Source of the DNA: a virus
DNA: 64,000 bases
IMG/VR virus record: IMGVR_UViG_3300036790_000551
Coordinates: 28,832-92,831 of that record
Strand: one strand, 5' to 3'
The position numbers were made by a program, and so were the translations under genes. The notes below the pieces were generated by a model. The model had not been told where the DNA came from and ran no database searches. It saw only the letters and a program-made list of their open reading frames with translations. This document shows, one piece after another, positions 9,122 to 18,674 of this stretch (its first letter is position 1; every line of letters starts with the position of its first letter).

Positions 9122-9698
9122 CTGCGCTGACGATACGATGAACTGGGAGGACGAGCCTGGAGACCACTACGTCGGCGACGGCGGTTTGAGTGACCAACGG
9201 CTAGATGAGTATATTCGCGGGCCTGACCGGTTTCGGCGGACATCGACGTATGACCCGAACTCGGAGCGGGCTAGGTTCGGTCGCGGTTCCGAGGTCTTCC
9301 TCGTTGGTCAGTTGAACAAACTCTGTCCCCAGGGAATGCGTCGCGTTCAACTGCTCACCGACAAACAGTTCCTCACGGCACGGGAAGCCATCGAGAACTC
9401 GCGCAACGGCGATGCCGTCGTTCAGGAAATGATTCCCGGGATGGGTTGGCGGCGCCGGCGAACGTTAGAACTGAAGTCATCCGACGGCTGGCCGAACGTC
9501 ACGATTTCAGACAGCGAGTTGGCAGAGAGTGAGGCCGAGTTCATCGTGGCCCTCACCGTCGTTAAGAACGACCTGGCCATCTGGGCCTGCACAATGGAAA
9601 GCGCACGTGAACACTCCTTCATGCCAGGCAATGCCCGCTTCTGGGTCGTGCCTCGAGACCGAGTGCCGACCGTACCCTTGCGAGAGGTGCTGCAGTGA
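9114..9698 (+). CDS. Hypothetical protein
   Basis: Long ORF in packed operon. Confidence 0.6.
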   Translation: MGDCADDTMNWEDEPGDHYVGDGGLSDQRLDEYIRGPDRFRRTSTYDPNSERARFGRGSEVFLVGQLNKLCPQGMRRVQLLTDKQFLTAREAIENSRNGDAVVQEMIPGMGWRRRRTLELKSSDGWPNVTISDSELAESEAEFIVALTVVKNDLAIWACTMESAREHSFMPGNARFWVVPRDRVPTVPLREVLQ

Positions 9699-9798
9699 GG
9701 GTCGCCTTCACCGGCCACCGGCCGGACAGGATTAACCATCGCGTCAACGAGGTCTATTCGGCCATCCACGGATGATTAAGTGGGAGAACGATGAGTGA
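9695..9798 (+). pseudogene. Remnant of a YspA/SLOG-family gene
   Basis: 9695-9775 encodes MRVAFTGHRPDRI..., the typical YspA N-terminus, then stops after 26 aa; out-of-frame tail MIKWENDE stops at 9798. Confidence 0.6.
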
Positions 9799-12700
9799 TT
9801 ACTCAGATGACTGACCGACGCATCTCCAACCTGCACGGTCATTCATGCTTCAGTTTCCAAGACGGAATCTGCACTCCCGAGGAAATAATCGAGGCCGCTA
9901 AGGCCAAGGGCCTCCGCTCTGTGGCGCTCACGGACCACGGTCACGCACACGGCCACGGCAGGTTCTACTTGGCCGGCAAGAAGGCCGGAGTCCGCACCCT
10001 TCTCGGAATGGAGGCCTATTGCATCAATGACTTCGCCGAGTGGCATGAGTTCAAGGACAAGGTGGCTGAGGAGAAGCGGGCCCAGAAGGCCGCCGGCAAG
10101 GGCGTCGTCCCGTCAATCGACCCGAACGAGGAGCCTGAGGGGCCTGTCGATAAGGCCGCGCTTCTCAAGGCCATGTCCAAGGTCCTCTATCGCAAGGGCC
10201 ACCTCGTCCTCCTTGCCCAGAACCGAACCGGCCTCGCGAACATCTACCGCCTCCAGTTCAAGGCCCACAAGCACGGGTACTACCAGAAGCCGCGCATCGA
10301 CAAGCGGATGTTGGCCGAGCACGCCGAGGGCATCGTGGCCTCGTCGGCCTGCATGGGCGGAATTCTAAGCCAGAAAATCTGGGGATTGGAGCGCGGCGAA
10401 CTCGAGTGGAGCGACGTGGTTCGTGAGGCCCAGGAGTACGCTGAGATATTTCCCGGTCGCTTCTTCCTCGAACTACAGAGCAACGAGGCGGCGGGCCAAC
10501 GCTACATCAACGAGCACCTCATCCGGCTCTCCCAGGAGACGGGACTGCCGTTAAACGTCACGATGGACGCCCACTACGTGGACCCGGAGGACTGGCGCTC
10601 ACAGCAGATGCTCCACATGCTGATGACCCACCGGGGCGGAAAGGCCCTGACTTTGAACAACCTGCCAGAGGGTTATTCGTTCGACGTGCGGTCGCTGTTC
10701 ATCAAGAGCGGCGACGAGTTGTGGGAGAGTTTCCGCCGCCTGAACCCTGAAGTCGACGAGACCACGCTGGCGCGGGCCTTCGACAACACCCTTTACGCAG
10801 ACAGTCTCATCAGTGACTTCGAGCCGGACACCTCGATGCGCCTTCCGTCCCTGCCGTATGAGGACACGCTCGCCGAACTTAGGAGGTCTGCCGCGGCCGG
10901 GCTCGTGGCCAAGGGCCTGGTGACCAACGACCAGTACATCGAGCGCCTCAAGTACGAACTCGGCGTCATCAAGGAGAAGGGAATCGCGAATTACTTCCTA
11001 GTGGTCCGTAACATCTGTGACAGCGCCCGGAAGGAAATGCGCATCGGACCTGGGAGAGGCTCGAGTGCAGGGTCTTTGATTTGCTACCTGACCGGCATCA
11101 CGAACATTGACCCGATAGAACACAAGTTGATGTTCGAGCGGTTCATCAACCTGGACCGAGTTGAGTTGCCGGACATCGACCTCGACTTCGAGGACGTGGA
11201 CCGCATCAAGGACATTCTCCGTCGCGACTTCGGTGAGGACAACGTTGCGTGTCTCAGCGCCTTCGGAACGTCCCAGATTAAGGGCCTGATGAAGGACGTC
11301 TGCCGCGTGCACGGCATCGACCACCAGGAGTGCAACCGCACAAACGCCCTCATCGAGCGGGAGATGAAGGCCCTTTACTCCGAGGGGGAGGGCGTCACTC
11401 GGTCGGCAATCACGATTAAACTCGACGACGTCTATCGTCTCAGTCCGTCGTTCAACGCCTTCATCGAGAAGTATCCCCAGATAGAGCGGGCCATCAAGTC
11501 CCTGTACGGCCGCGAGCACCACGTCAGCCGGCACGCCTCAGGCGTCGTCATCGGCGACGACCTGCCGGCCGAGACCTCTGTCTTCACGTCAAAGGGCGTG
11601 GTCCAGGCCTCGTTCACGGACGGAATCGTCGGAAAGACGGCGAGCAGCATGGGCCTGGTGAAGTTCGACATCCTGTCGCTCGCCACGCTCAAGGTCATCG
11701 CCAAGGCCCTCGAACTAATTGCCGAACGGACAGGGCGGACCGTGTCCGACGTCGACCGTGAAATCGACCCGAAAGTCATGGACTTTAACAATCTAGACGT
11801 CCTGAAGAAGGTCTTCTGGGAGGGCAACACAACCGGCATCTTCTCCGTGACTTCCGCTGGCATGGTTAAACTCTTCCAGCGAGTAAAACCGACCTCATTC
11901 GATGACGTTGCCGCCGTTACGGCCCTCTTCCGCCCGGGCCCACTCGGCTCGAAGATGGACGTGATGTTCGCCAATCGCAAGAACGGCCTCGAGGAGGTCA
12001 CGTACGACCATCCGATACTCGAGAGCATCATGAAGGACACCTACGGATGTCTCGTCTATCAAGAGCAGATGCTGGAAATCGGCCGTCTGATGGGAAAGAT
12101 GTCATGGAAGGACACCAACCGGCTCCGCAAGTTATTCCTCAAGAAGGACAAGAGCAAGGCGGACGGCTACATCGACGAGGAGGAGCGGTACCTCAAGTCC
12201 ACCCTCATCAAGGGCGTCGTCGAGAATGGGCTCACCGAAGAGCACGGGGAGAAACTCTGGGAGATGTGCGGGAAGTTCGGGGGCTACGGGTTTAACCGTT
12301 CACATTCATATGCCTACGCCATGGTCACGATGCAGACCGCGTACCTGCGCTACCACTACCCGCTCGAGTTCTTCGCGGCGTTGCTTACGGTCGGTCAGGC
12401 CGTCGACCTTCAGACGTACGTGAACGAGATTCGGGCCCAGGGCTTCGAGGTGCTGCCGGTCGACGTCAACAGGTCCAAGGCCGCGCACGTCATGGAAGGC
12501 AACGCCATCAGGCTCGCCCTCTCCTCTGTGAAGGGCATCGGGCCATCCGCCGTGCAGAAGATTGTGGACCACCAGCCCTACGCGGACTGGGAGGCCTTCC
12601 TTCTCGACAGCACCTGCTCGAAGACCATCGTGAACGCACTCATCGGTTGCGGGGCCTTCACGGAACTCTGTCCGGGCCTCTCCGTACGCACCCTGGACGC

Positions 12701-13253
12701 CCGCCACACCCACTTTCGTGGGGACAAGAAACTCTCCCACAAGAAGAACCGAGACACCGTCCGACCCACGCTGGAGGCCATCTGGGCCGATGCGGATGAC
12801 CCCATCGAACTGATGGAGCGGGAGCGTGAACTGCTCGGCTTCAACCTTCGCGGGACTCCCTTCGGCATCAACGGCCGTTACGACAAGGTCGACCGGCTCG
12901 TTGAGCAAGGCATCTGCTCCCGCGGTTGGGCTGAGTTCGTCGAGGACCAGTCAGAGCCTGTGCTTGTGGCCCCGCTCCTGGTGAAGTCCATCAAGGAGCG
13001 GGCGCAGAAGAACGGAAAACTCATGGCTTTCCTTCGACTAGAGGACCGTGACGGCAACGATTACGAGGCACCGGCGTTCGGTAACGTCTGGGGGCACGTC
13101 CGGGAGCACGTCCGGCAGGGGGACGTCTACGTGTGCATCCTCCACCGCAAGGAGGAGGAACCGGACCGGTTCATCGTGGGGCGGCCGGGTTGGGCCCAGA
13201 CCGCGAAGTCGGCCCAGCAGAGTTTCATTCCGATTGACAGGCTCACCGTTTAG
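9795..13253 (+). CDS. dnaE: DNA polymerase III alpha subunit (family C)
   Basis: PHP HGHSCFSFQDG/TDHG, GPGRGSSAGSL, PDIDLDF, KFDIL, YGFNRSHS, C-terminal OB fold. Confidence 0.97.
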   Translation: MITQMTDRRISNLHGHSCFSFQDGICTPEEIIEAAKAKGLRSVALTDHGHAHGHGRFYLAGKKAGVRTLLGMEAYCINDFAEWHEFKDKVAEEKRAQKAAGKGVVPSIDPNEEPEGPVDKAALLKAMSKVLYRKGHLVLLAQNRTGLANIYRLQFKAHKHGYYQKPRIDKRMLAEHAEGIVASSACMGGILSQKIWGLERGELEWSDVVREAQEYAEIFPGRFFLELQSNEAAGQRYINEHLIRLSQETGLPLNVTMDAHYVDPEDWRSQQMLHMLMTHRGGKALTLNNLPEGYSFDVRSLFIKSGDELWESFRRLNPEVDETTLARAFDNTLYADSLISDFEPDTSMRLPSLPYEDTLAELRRSAAAGLVAKGLVTNDQYIERLKYELGVIKEKGIANYFLVVRNICDSARKEMRIGPGRGSSAGSLICYLTGITNIDPIEHKLMFERFINLDRVELPDIDLDFEDVDRIKDILRRDFGEDNVACLSAFGTSQIKGLMKDVCRVHGIDHQECNRTNALIEREMKALYSEGEGVTRSAITIKLDDVYRLSPSFNAFIEKYPQIERAIKSLYGREHHVSRHASGVVIGDDLPAETSVFTSKGVVQASFTDGIVGKTASSMGLVKFDILSLATLKVIAKALELIAERTGRTVSDVDREIDPKVMDFNNLDVLKKVFWEGNTTGIFSVTSAGMVKLFQRVKPTSFDDVAAVTALFRPGPLGSKMDVMFANRKNGLEEVTYDHPILESIMKDTYGCLVYQEQMLEIGRLMGKMSWKDTNRLRKLFLKKDKSKADGYIDEEERYLKSTLIKGVVENGLTEEHGEKLWEMCGKFGGYGFNRSHSYAYAMVTMQTAYLRYHYPLEFFAALLTVGQAVDLQTYVNEIRAQGFEVLPVDVNRSKAAHVMEGNAIRLALSSVKGIGPSAVQKIVDHQPYADWEAFLLDSTCSKTIVNALIGCGAFTELCPGLSVRTLDARHTHFRGDKKLSHKKNRDTVRPTLEAIWADADDPIELMERERELLGFNLRGTPFGINGRYDKVDRLVEQGICSRGWAEFVEDQSEPVLVAPLLVKSIKERAQKNGKLMAFLRLEDRDGNDYEAPAFGNVWGHVREHVRQGDVYVCILHRKEEEPDRFIVGRPGWAQTAKSAQQSFIPIDRLTV

Positions 13254-13270
13254 TGATATGATTGAATGGG

Positions 13271-13546
13271 ATGCATGAGTACGCGGAGCCCGATAGGTGG
13301 GGACGGACGTTCCGCACCTGCACAGCGTGCTTCTATCGGGCCCGTCGCGACGACCGGTACACGATAATTGACAACGCGTGTCCCGCCTGCAACGGGGGCA
13401 CGTTGGTCCTTGAGAGCGACCTCCCTGCCTGCTTCTGGGGCGTGATGTGGCTCTGCTTCATTGTTCGAATCGTGATGACCGGCTGGCACGCTGAGTTGAT
13501 GCAGGACGATGCGAGGCTCCGGTTCTCGCTGATGGAATTGGATTGA
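13271..13546 (+). CDS. Zinc-ribbon-like hypothetical protein
   Basis: CTAC and CPAC; TGATATGAT upstream. Confidence 0.55.
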   Translation: MHEYAEPDRWGRTFRTCTACFYRARRDDRYTIIDNACPACNGGTLVLESDLPACFWGVMWLCFIVRIVMTGWHAELMQDDARLRFSLMELD

Positions 13547-13550
13547 AAGG

Positions 13551-13565
13551 TGATAGGATACCGGC
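13551..13565 (+). promoter_or_regulatory. Putative leaderless extended -10 promoter
   Basis: TGATAGGAT, 6 nt, then ATG 13566. Confidence 0.55.
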
Positions 13566-14552
13566 ATGGCTGACACCGCACTCGTCGTACCCAGCATTCG
13601 GGAGGACAGCCTCAAGAGGTTCATCCGTGAGTGGGAACCGACCGGTTTATTCGACCGCGTCGACCTCATAATCATGGAGGACAATTCGCAGAAGTCATTC
13701 GAGACGCCTGCGGCCGCCAAACTCCATCTCTGCTGGGAGGACATCGATAACCACGACTGGGGTTGGATAATCCCGCGACGGTCAGACACCGTGCGGTCGT
13801 ACGCCTACTGGCGGGCCTGGAGCGACGGCTACGACTACCTGATGTCGTTTGACGATGACGTCTACCCCGAGCCCGGGTACGAACCGGTCGATGAAATACA
13901 CAAGTCGATGCTCACCCGAACCAAGTGGTTCAACACGTTGAACAGCGTGCGACCCCGTGGCACACCGTACTACAACCTCGGTCAGCGCCAGGTCCACGTC
14001 AACCACGGGCTCTGGACCGGTGTGCTCGACTACGACGCCCCGCAGCAACTGGTGAACCCGATACCCGAGACGTTCACCCATGACAACCGCATCGTTCCGC
14101 ACGGAGCGTTCTTCTCCTTCTGTGGAATGAACGTGATTTTCCGTCGCGAGGCGATGGTGCTCAGTTACCACCTCATGATGGGCCAGATGATGACCGACAG
14201 CGGTCAACTCGAACGGCTCTTTGCGGATAGAATGGGGGACATTTGGTGCGGCATCATCATGAAGAAGGTCTGCGACCACCTCCGCTGGGCCGTCAGCAGC
14301 GGCACCCCGTACATCCACCACGACCGAGCATCGAACCCGTTCACCAATCTTAGGAAGGAGGCTCCAGGAATTGAGGTGAACGAGTGGTTCTGGCAACGCA
14401 TCGATGAAATCAGGCTCACCGCTAAGACTGCAGTCGGATGCTACAAACAGATAGCGAACGGCGTCCGGGGCTTCGGCGGTGAACACGCCGCATACTGGGA
14501 CCGGCTCGCCGAGGCGATGGACGTCTGGGCCTCGCTGTTCATTGGCGGCTGA
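13566..14552 (+). CDS. Reversibly glycosylated polypeptide / UDP-arabinopyranose mutase family (GT75)
   Basis: FDDD, WFNTL, HGLW..VLDYDAPQQL, CGMN, KVCDHL..V.SGTPYIHH.RASNPFTNLRKE closely follow plant RGP motifs. Confidence 0.9.
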   Translation: MADTALVVPSIREDSLKRFIREWEPTGLFDRVDLIIMEDNSQKSFETPAAAKLHLCWEDIDNHDWGWIIPRRSDTVRSYAYWRAWSDGYDYLMSFDDDVYPEPGYEPVDEIHKSMLTRTKWFNTLNSVRPRGTPYYNLGQRQVHVNHGLWTGVLDYDAPQQLVNPIPETFTHDNRIVPHGAFFSFCGMNVIFRREAMVLSYHLMMGQMMTDSGQLERLFADRMGDIWCGIIMKKVCDHLRWAVSSGTPYIHHDRASNPFTNLRKEAPGIEVNEWFWQRIDEIRLTAKTAVGCYKQIANGVRGFGGEHAAYWDRLAEAMDVWASLFIGG

Positions 14553-15004
14553 TGTCATACTCGGGAACCTATAAGGGAGTTCGCTTCCGGTCGCTGCTGG
14601 AACTGTCAGTCATCAAAAACCTCGAATCCGCCGGGTTTGTGTTGGGTGCCACGATGCTCTACGAGACGACTAGGATTCCCTATGGAAAGACTAGGGTGAG
14701 GACCTACATCGTCGACCTAACGCTCCCTCAGATGAAAACGTTAGTCGAGGTGAAGCCCAGTTCCCGAGCCGACAATCGAAACAACCGAGCCAAGCGGTCC
14801 GCCGCGGAGGCCTGGTGTCTCGCGAACGGCTGGACGTACGTCATCGTCACCGAGGAGGAGTTGCACGAGTGCGGCCACGGCATCACCCTCGAGGAGGCAG
14901 CGACGATGCCTGACGTGGAGTTGAACGAGCGGGCCAAGCGAGCGAACCGGCGAAAGGCCGCTGCACGGGCCCGACGGCGTGTTAAGATGAAGGGAAAGAA
15001 ATGA
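14552..15004 (+). CDS. TnsA-N-like PD-(D/E)XK nuclease (T4 gp4-like)
   Basis: FRSLLEL, YE..RIPY, YIVDL, LVEVKP. Confidence 0.75.
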   Translation: MSYSGTYKGVRFRSLLELSVIKNLESAGFVLGATMLYETTRIPYGKTRVRTYIVDLTLPQMKTLVEVKPSSRADNRNNRAKRSAAEAWCLANGWTYVIVTEEELHECGHGITLEEAATMPDVELNERAKRANRRKAAARARRRVKMKGKK

Positions 15005-15168
15005 GCGTAAGGCCAAAACAAGACCCGTTTCGGAGGGTCAGCGGTGACCCGCGGGTCCAACACCAACTCCTCGCTCGTCGTGTGACTGAACTCGAGGGGA
15101 CCGTCATAATCCTCGACGCACGGGTGAAACTGCTTGAGGAACTCGTCGCTCATCTCCAAGGTACTTGA
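15001..15168 (+). CDS. 55-aa coiled-coil protein (below ORF-track cutoff)
   Basis: ATGA overlap; LARRVTELEGTVIILDARVKLLEEL. Confidence 0.55.
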   Translation: MSVRPKQDPFRRVSGDPRVQHQLLARRVTELEGTVIILDARVKLLEELVAHLQGT

Positions 15169-15704
15169 GATTGACTGACGTTCGTTCAATCATCGTCGAG
15201 GGCCCCGATAGGGTCGGCAAGACCACAATCGTCAAGCATCTGTCCCAGTGGATGTACCTGCCTGCCTTCAAGGCACCCTCCGAGAAGATAATCTTCAAAG
15301 AGGGAGGCCGACAGTCCCTGGTGTTCGATTACACCCTCACCCACTTCCTGGCGCAGACCGGTCATAGGTTCATCAGCGACCGTAGTTATCCAAGTGAGTG
15401 CGTGTACTCGAAGGTCTTCGAACGGGACACCGATTGGGACCTCTTGAACCGCATCGATGAGGCCCACTCCAGCATCGGAACGACGATTCTCTACCTCTAC
15501 TCGTCGACCGAGCCCACGGAGAAGGACGACCTCGTACCCGACGGGATGTACTGGACGGTCAAGGAGCGGTACGATTGGTTCCGCGACTGGACCGACTGCC
15601 GGGTAGTCTCCTACGATACCGCGGACATGCTGAAGGCATTCGGTGAGGGCTACGACGACAGTCCCCTACACGTCCATCGAATTATGAGGGAAATTTTGAA
15701 ATGA
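15165..15704 (+). CDS. dNMP (thymidylate kinase-like) kinase
   Basis: IIVEGPDRVGKTT, ISDRSYPSECVYS. Confidence 0.85.
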   Translation: MRLTDVRSIIVEGPDRVGKTTIVKHLSQWMYLPAFKAPSEKIIFKEGGRQSLVFDYTLTHFLAQTGHRFISDRSYPSECVYSKVFERDTDWDLLNRIDEAHSSIGTTILYLYSSTEPTEKDDLVPDGMYWTVKERYDWFRDWTDCRVVSYDTADMLKAFGEGYDDSPLHVHRIMREILK

Positions 15705-16105
15705 CAGACAGGAAACCGCTACCGACCCTTGTTCAAATCGCCAAGGGCGAGGCTGAGTTCGAGTTCTATTCCGATGGAAAGATGCAGTATAGGCTGTGGT
15801 GGAGTGAACACGACGACTTCGAGCGTGACCCGGTGTGGCATGAGTTTCACGTCCCCATTCCCGTCGCTGATACCGGCGGGGGATTCTTCAATCCCACGAT
15901 GAAGGGCCTCGAGTTGATGCGTTGGGCTCGTAAGGAACTCGCTCGCCTTCAAGAGGAGGCCGAAATGGTCGCTAAGGCCCGTGAGGAGTGGTTGACTGAG
16001 CAGGACGCGATGATGACGATTATCGAAGCCGACGTTGCCGCCCTCTCCATCACCGAGCGTGGAATTGAACTTGATGGCTTCATCAAAAACAAAAAGACGA
16101 AGTAG
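15701..16105 (+). CDS. Hypothetical protein
   Basis: ATGA-coupled ORF. Confidence 0.6.
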   Translation: MTDRKPLPTLVQIAKGEAEFEFYSDGKMQYRLWWSEHDDFERDPVWHEFHVPIPVADTGGGFFNPTMKGLELMRWARKELARLQEEAEMVAKAREEWLTEQDAMMTIIEADVAALSITERGIELDGFIKNKKTK

Positions 16106-16391
16106 CAAGCGTCGAGGCAATTGCTACGTGACCGCCGAGGCGCTCTACCACCTGTTGGGCGGCAAGGCGGGCGGCTACACGCCGCACACCGTCCGGCACG
16201 AGGGCGCGGTCCACTGGTACCTTGTGCAGAACCTCGATGGGTTCGTCCCGGGCGCGAGGCAGGTCATCGACCCAACGGCAGCGCAGTTCAAGACACCGCC
16301 GCCGTACCATGAAGGCCGCGGTCGCGGCTTCCTGACGAAGGTCCCGAGCAGGCGGACCCGAGAGATGATGAAGAGGATGCTCTACGGATGA
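16074..16391 (+). CDS. Small papain/transglutaminase-like fold protein
   Basis: GNCY ... HWYL ... VIDPTAAQF (C-H-D triad). Confidence 0.5.
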   Translation: MASSKTKRRSSKRRGNCYVTAEALYHLLGGKAGGYTPHTVRHEGAVHWYLVQNLDGFVPGARQVIDPTAAQFKTPPPYHEGRGRGFLTKVPSRRTREMMKRMLYG

Positions 16392-17572
16392 GGATAGGCT
16401 ATCTCTTCCGCGGTTACCTTGGTGACGTCAAGTGGGACGCGGCCGGCAACGAGGTCTCCACTCCTGACGGCAATGCCACATACTCGTGGTCAATCGAGCA
16501 TGAGTGTGAACGGAGGAAGCATAAACTGATTCCACTCGGAGAGAACCTCGACGCGCCGGCAGCCGCATCCCTCGGGCCCGACCTCTTCAAGGCCTTCAGC
16601 GGCTCCAAGCGGGCCAAGTCATACGAGCGGATGCTCCGTCGCGGCTGGTCCCGGCTCTCTGAACGAACGTTTCCTGCGCTCGACCTGGTCCTCGTGGAGT
16701 GGCGCTGGCCCATTCCCGGTCGAAACACCCCAGCGGACCGAGAGAGCGTCGACTACCGGCGTGACCTCGAGCGACAATGGGAGGTCCTCAGACACTACTC
16801 CAATGCCGGCACCCCCATAGTGGTCTGGGACCTCGACCACAAACTGACCGAGTTGGACGTGGAGATGATGCAGGCGGCCGACATGCCGGTCCGCTTCATT
16901 GAGACCGCAGTCAAGCCTAAGGCTTGGGCCCGACGAGTTGAGCCTCCGACGCTCGTCGCGGACCTCTGCCAGCACGACATCAACCCCCGCCTGCCCTCTC
17001 ACCACCTGGGCTACGTCGGCTCCCGTTACGAGCGGGACGAGACGATAGACAAGTGGATTCACCCCATCGCGAACGTGAACGGGCATCGGGCCAAGTTCTG
17101 GGGAAAATGGGAGCCCTCTGATGAGGTCCGGACCCGCTGGCCGGGAATCACCTTTGCGGGCAGGATTGGAGTCAGGGACTTCTATGATGCTTATTCAAGA
17201 GTTGCAGCGGTTCCGTTGCTGGCAAAGCAGTCGTACTACAGGTCCGGCTTCATTACCCCTCGAGTTTGGGAGGCGGTCCTGTTCGGCTCCATTCCCATTG
17301 GGCTCGCCGGCCACCGCGGCATCGGTCAATACGTGGAGCGGGTGGCCATTGACTCACGGGGCCTCCTTGAGGCGGCCACGGAGATTCGCAACATCTCATC
17401 AATCCGCCGTCGCGTTCTGCGGGAGGAGGCGGCGCATAGGTTATCCCATATGGACGCTCGGCATTTCGTCGACGTTCTCGAGGGGTTGGTAGATGCGGTG
17501 GCCAAGGATTTTGAGTCGACCGCTGAAGTTCCTGAGACGCAAGAAGGCACAGAACATGGCAACCAAGAGTAA
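16388..17572 (+). CDS. GT-B DNA glycosyltransferase, T4 beta-glucosyltransferase-like
   Basis: GYVGSRYER and GFITPRVWEA resemble T4 BGT IYGGSFRS and NFITLRVWET; context with dCMP enzyme and kinase. Confidence 0.75.
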   Translation: MRIGYLFRGYLGDVKWDAAGNEVSTPDGNATYSWSIEHECERRKHKLIPLGENLDAPAAASLGPDLFKAFSGSKRAKSYERMLRRGWSRLSERTFPALDLVLVEWRWPIPGRNTPADRESVDYRRDLERQWEVLRHYSNAGTPIVVWDLDHKLTELDVEMMQAADMPVRFIETAVKPKAWARRVEPPTLVADLCQHDINPRLPSHHLGYVGSRYERDETIDKWIHPIANVNGHRAKFWGKWEPSDEVRTRWPGITFAGRIGVRDFYDAYSRVAAVPLLAKQSYYRSGFITPRVWEAVLFGSIPIGLAGHRGIGQYVERVAIDSRGLLEAATEIRNISSIRRRVLREEAAHRLSHMDARHFVDVLEGLVDAVAKDFESTAEVPETQEGTEHGNQE

Positions 17573-17939
17573 CAACAACCCCGAGGCAAACCTCAAGATT
17601 CAGTGGCACCTGGACGGCGACGGCATGCGGCCGGTTGAGACCGCGTTCGGGTACGCGGTCCGCAACCCGCTCGTGGCTTCGATTCCCCCGGGGGCGACCC
17701 GCCGGATTGACTTACACGTCGCCACCGACCATCCGATGCACGTGTGGCCCACTCGCGCTCACGCCCCTCATTCTCGGGTTGTGAGTGTGGTCCCGGGAAT
17801 CCTTCAGCCGGGTGAGGACCTGATGATTGACATCGAGAATAAGAGTCAGCACGTCACCCTCACCGTGGAGACCAAGGAGGTCCTCGTGAACCTCTCTCCC
17901 GTCGTCCTACCGGCCGGTATCGCGACGGAGGTCGCGTGA
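17556..17939 (+). CDS. Degenerate trimeric dUTPase-fold protein
   Basis: IPPGATRRIDLHV, PGIL, IDIENK resemble the dUTPase beta-fold; catalytic RS/DxDY motifs absent. Confidence 0.45.
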   Translation: MATKSNNNPEANLKIQWHLDGDGMRPVETAFGYAVRNPLVASIPPGATRRIDLHVATDHPMHVWPTRAHAPHSRVVSVVPGILQPGEDLMIDIENKSQHVTLTVETKEVLVNLSPVVLPAGIATEVA

Positions 17940-17940
17940 G

Positions 17941-18330
17941 ATGAAGCGGACGTTCCGACGACCCGACGGCGCAGAGGAGACCCTCGAGGGAACCCCCGAG
18001 GAGTTGGCCGAGCACGAGCGTCGGCTTCGAGAGCAATCCCAGCCCGTCAAGGCTCCGCCTGACCAGACCCGAGACGTTCTCCTCGGTAAGACGATGGAGG
18101 AGTGGAAGCAATGGCTCGACGAACTCAAGAAGTTGAATCCGTCGTTTCCGCCGCTTCCGCAACCCGAACCGTTAATCCACCCTGGGCCAATCTGGATTGT
18201 TTCTTGCAGTCTGTGTCAATCCTATCCGTGTCGTTGCAAATCTCTCGGGTGGCCGCATGGGACCATCACCGTCACCGGCACGACTGCTTTCATACCCCGG
18301 ATTGACACGCAGGGTTGGCTGCTGGACTGA
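17941..18330 (+). CDS. Hypothetical protein
   Basis: Packed ORF; CSLC..YPCRC. Confidence 0.55.
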   Translation: MKRTFRRPDGAEETLEGTPEELAEHERRLREQSQPVKAPPDQTRDVLLGKTMEEWKQWLDELKKLNPSFPPLPQPEPLIHPGPIWIVSCSLCQSYPCRCKSLGWPHGTITVTGTTAFIPRIDTQGWLLD

Positions 18331-18674
18331 CCGTGTCCGAGATACAGCGACTGCTACGGGTCGCGCAGCGCCGGTCGACGGCGCGTGAGTATCGCTTTCC
18401 GCGATTCAAACTCCAGCGCTCACTGGAGGAGCGGCTGCGGGTCCGGCTCAAGGAGTTGAACATCAGTTCCGCTGCCTTCATGGAGGCCGTCGTCACGGGC
18501 TTCGTGGAGGGCCATCCCTCCGTCATGGCCATGATTGACCAATGGACGCGGGAGAACGAGACCGATTTCCAGGACGAGAAGCCCTCGCTGCGCTTGAAGG
18601 AGTTAGGCGAGGTCTACGGCGCCATCGCGGCCGGCGATGGCCTTATGACTGATGAGGAGAAGGACAATGAGTAA
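18315..18674 (+). CDS. Possible ribbon-helix-helix DNA-binding protein
   Basis: RFKLQRSLEERLRVRLKELNISSAAFMEAVV. Confidence 0.45.
   Translation: MAAGLTVSEIQRLLRVAQRRSTAREYRFPRFKLQRSLEERLRVRLKELNISSAAFMEAVVTGFVEGHPSVMAMIDQWTRENETDFQDEKPSLRLKELGEVYGAIAAGDGLMTDEEKDNE

Noticed and set aside
457-13253. Inteins or introns in nrdJ and dnaE
   Set aside because: Lengths (679 and 1152 aa) are typical and motifs are contiguous
14552-15004. Tn7-like transposon from the TnsA-like gene
   Set aside because: No TnsB/TnsC or transposon ends; stand-alone TnsA-N-like nucleases are common in large phages
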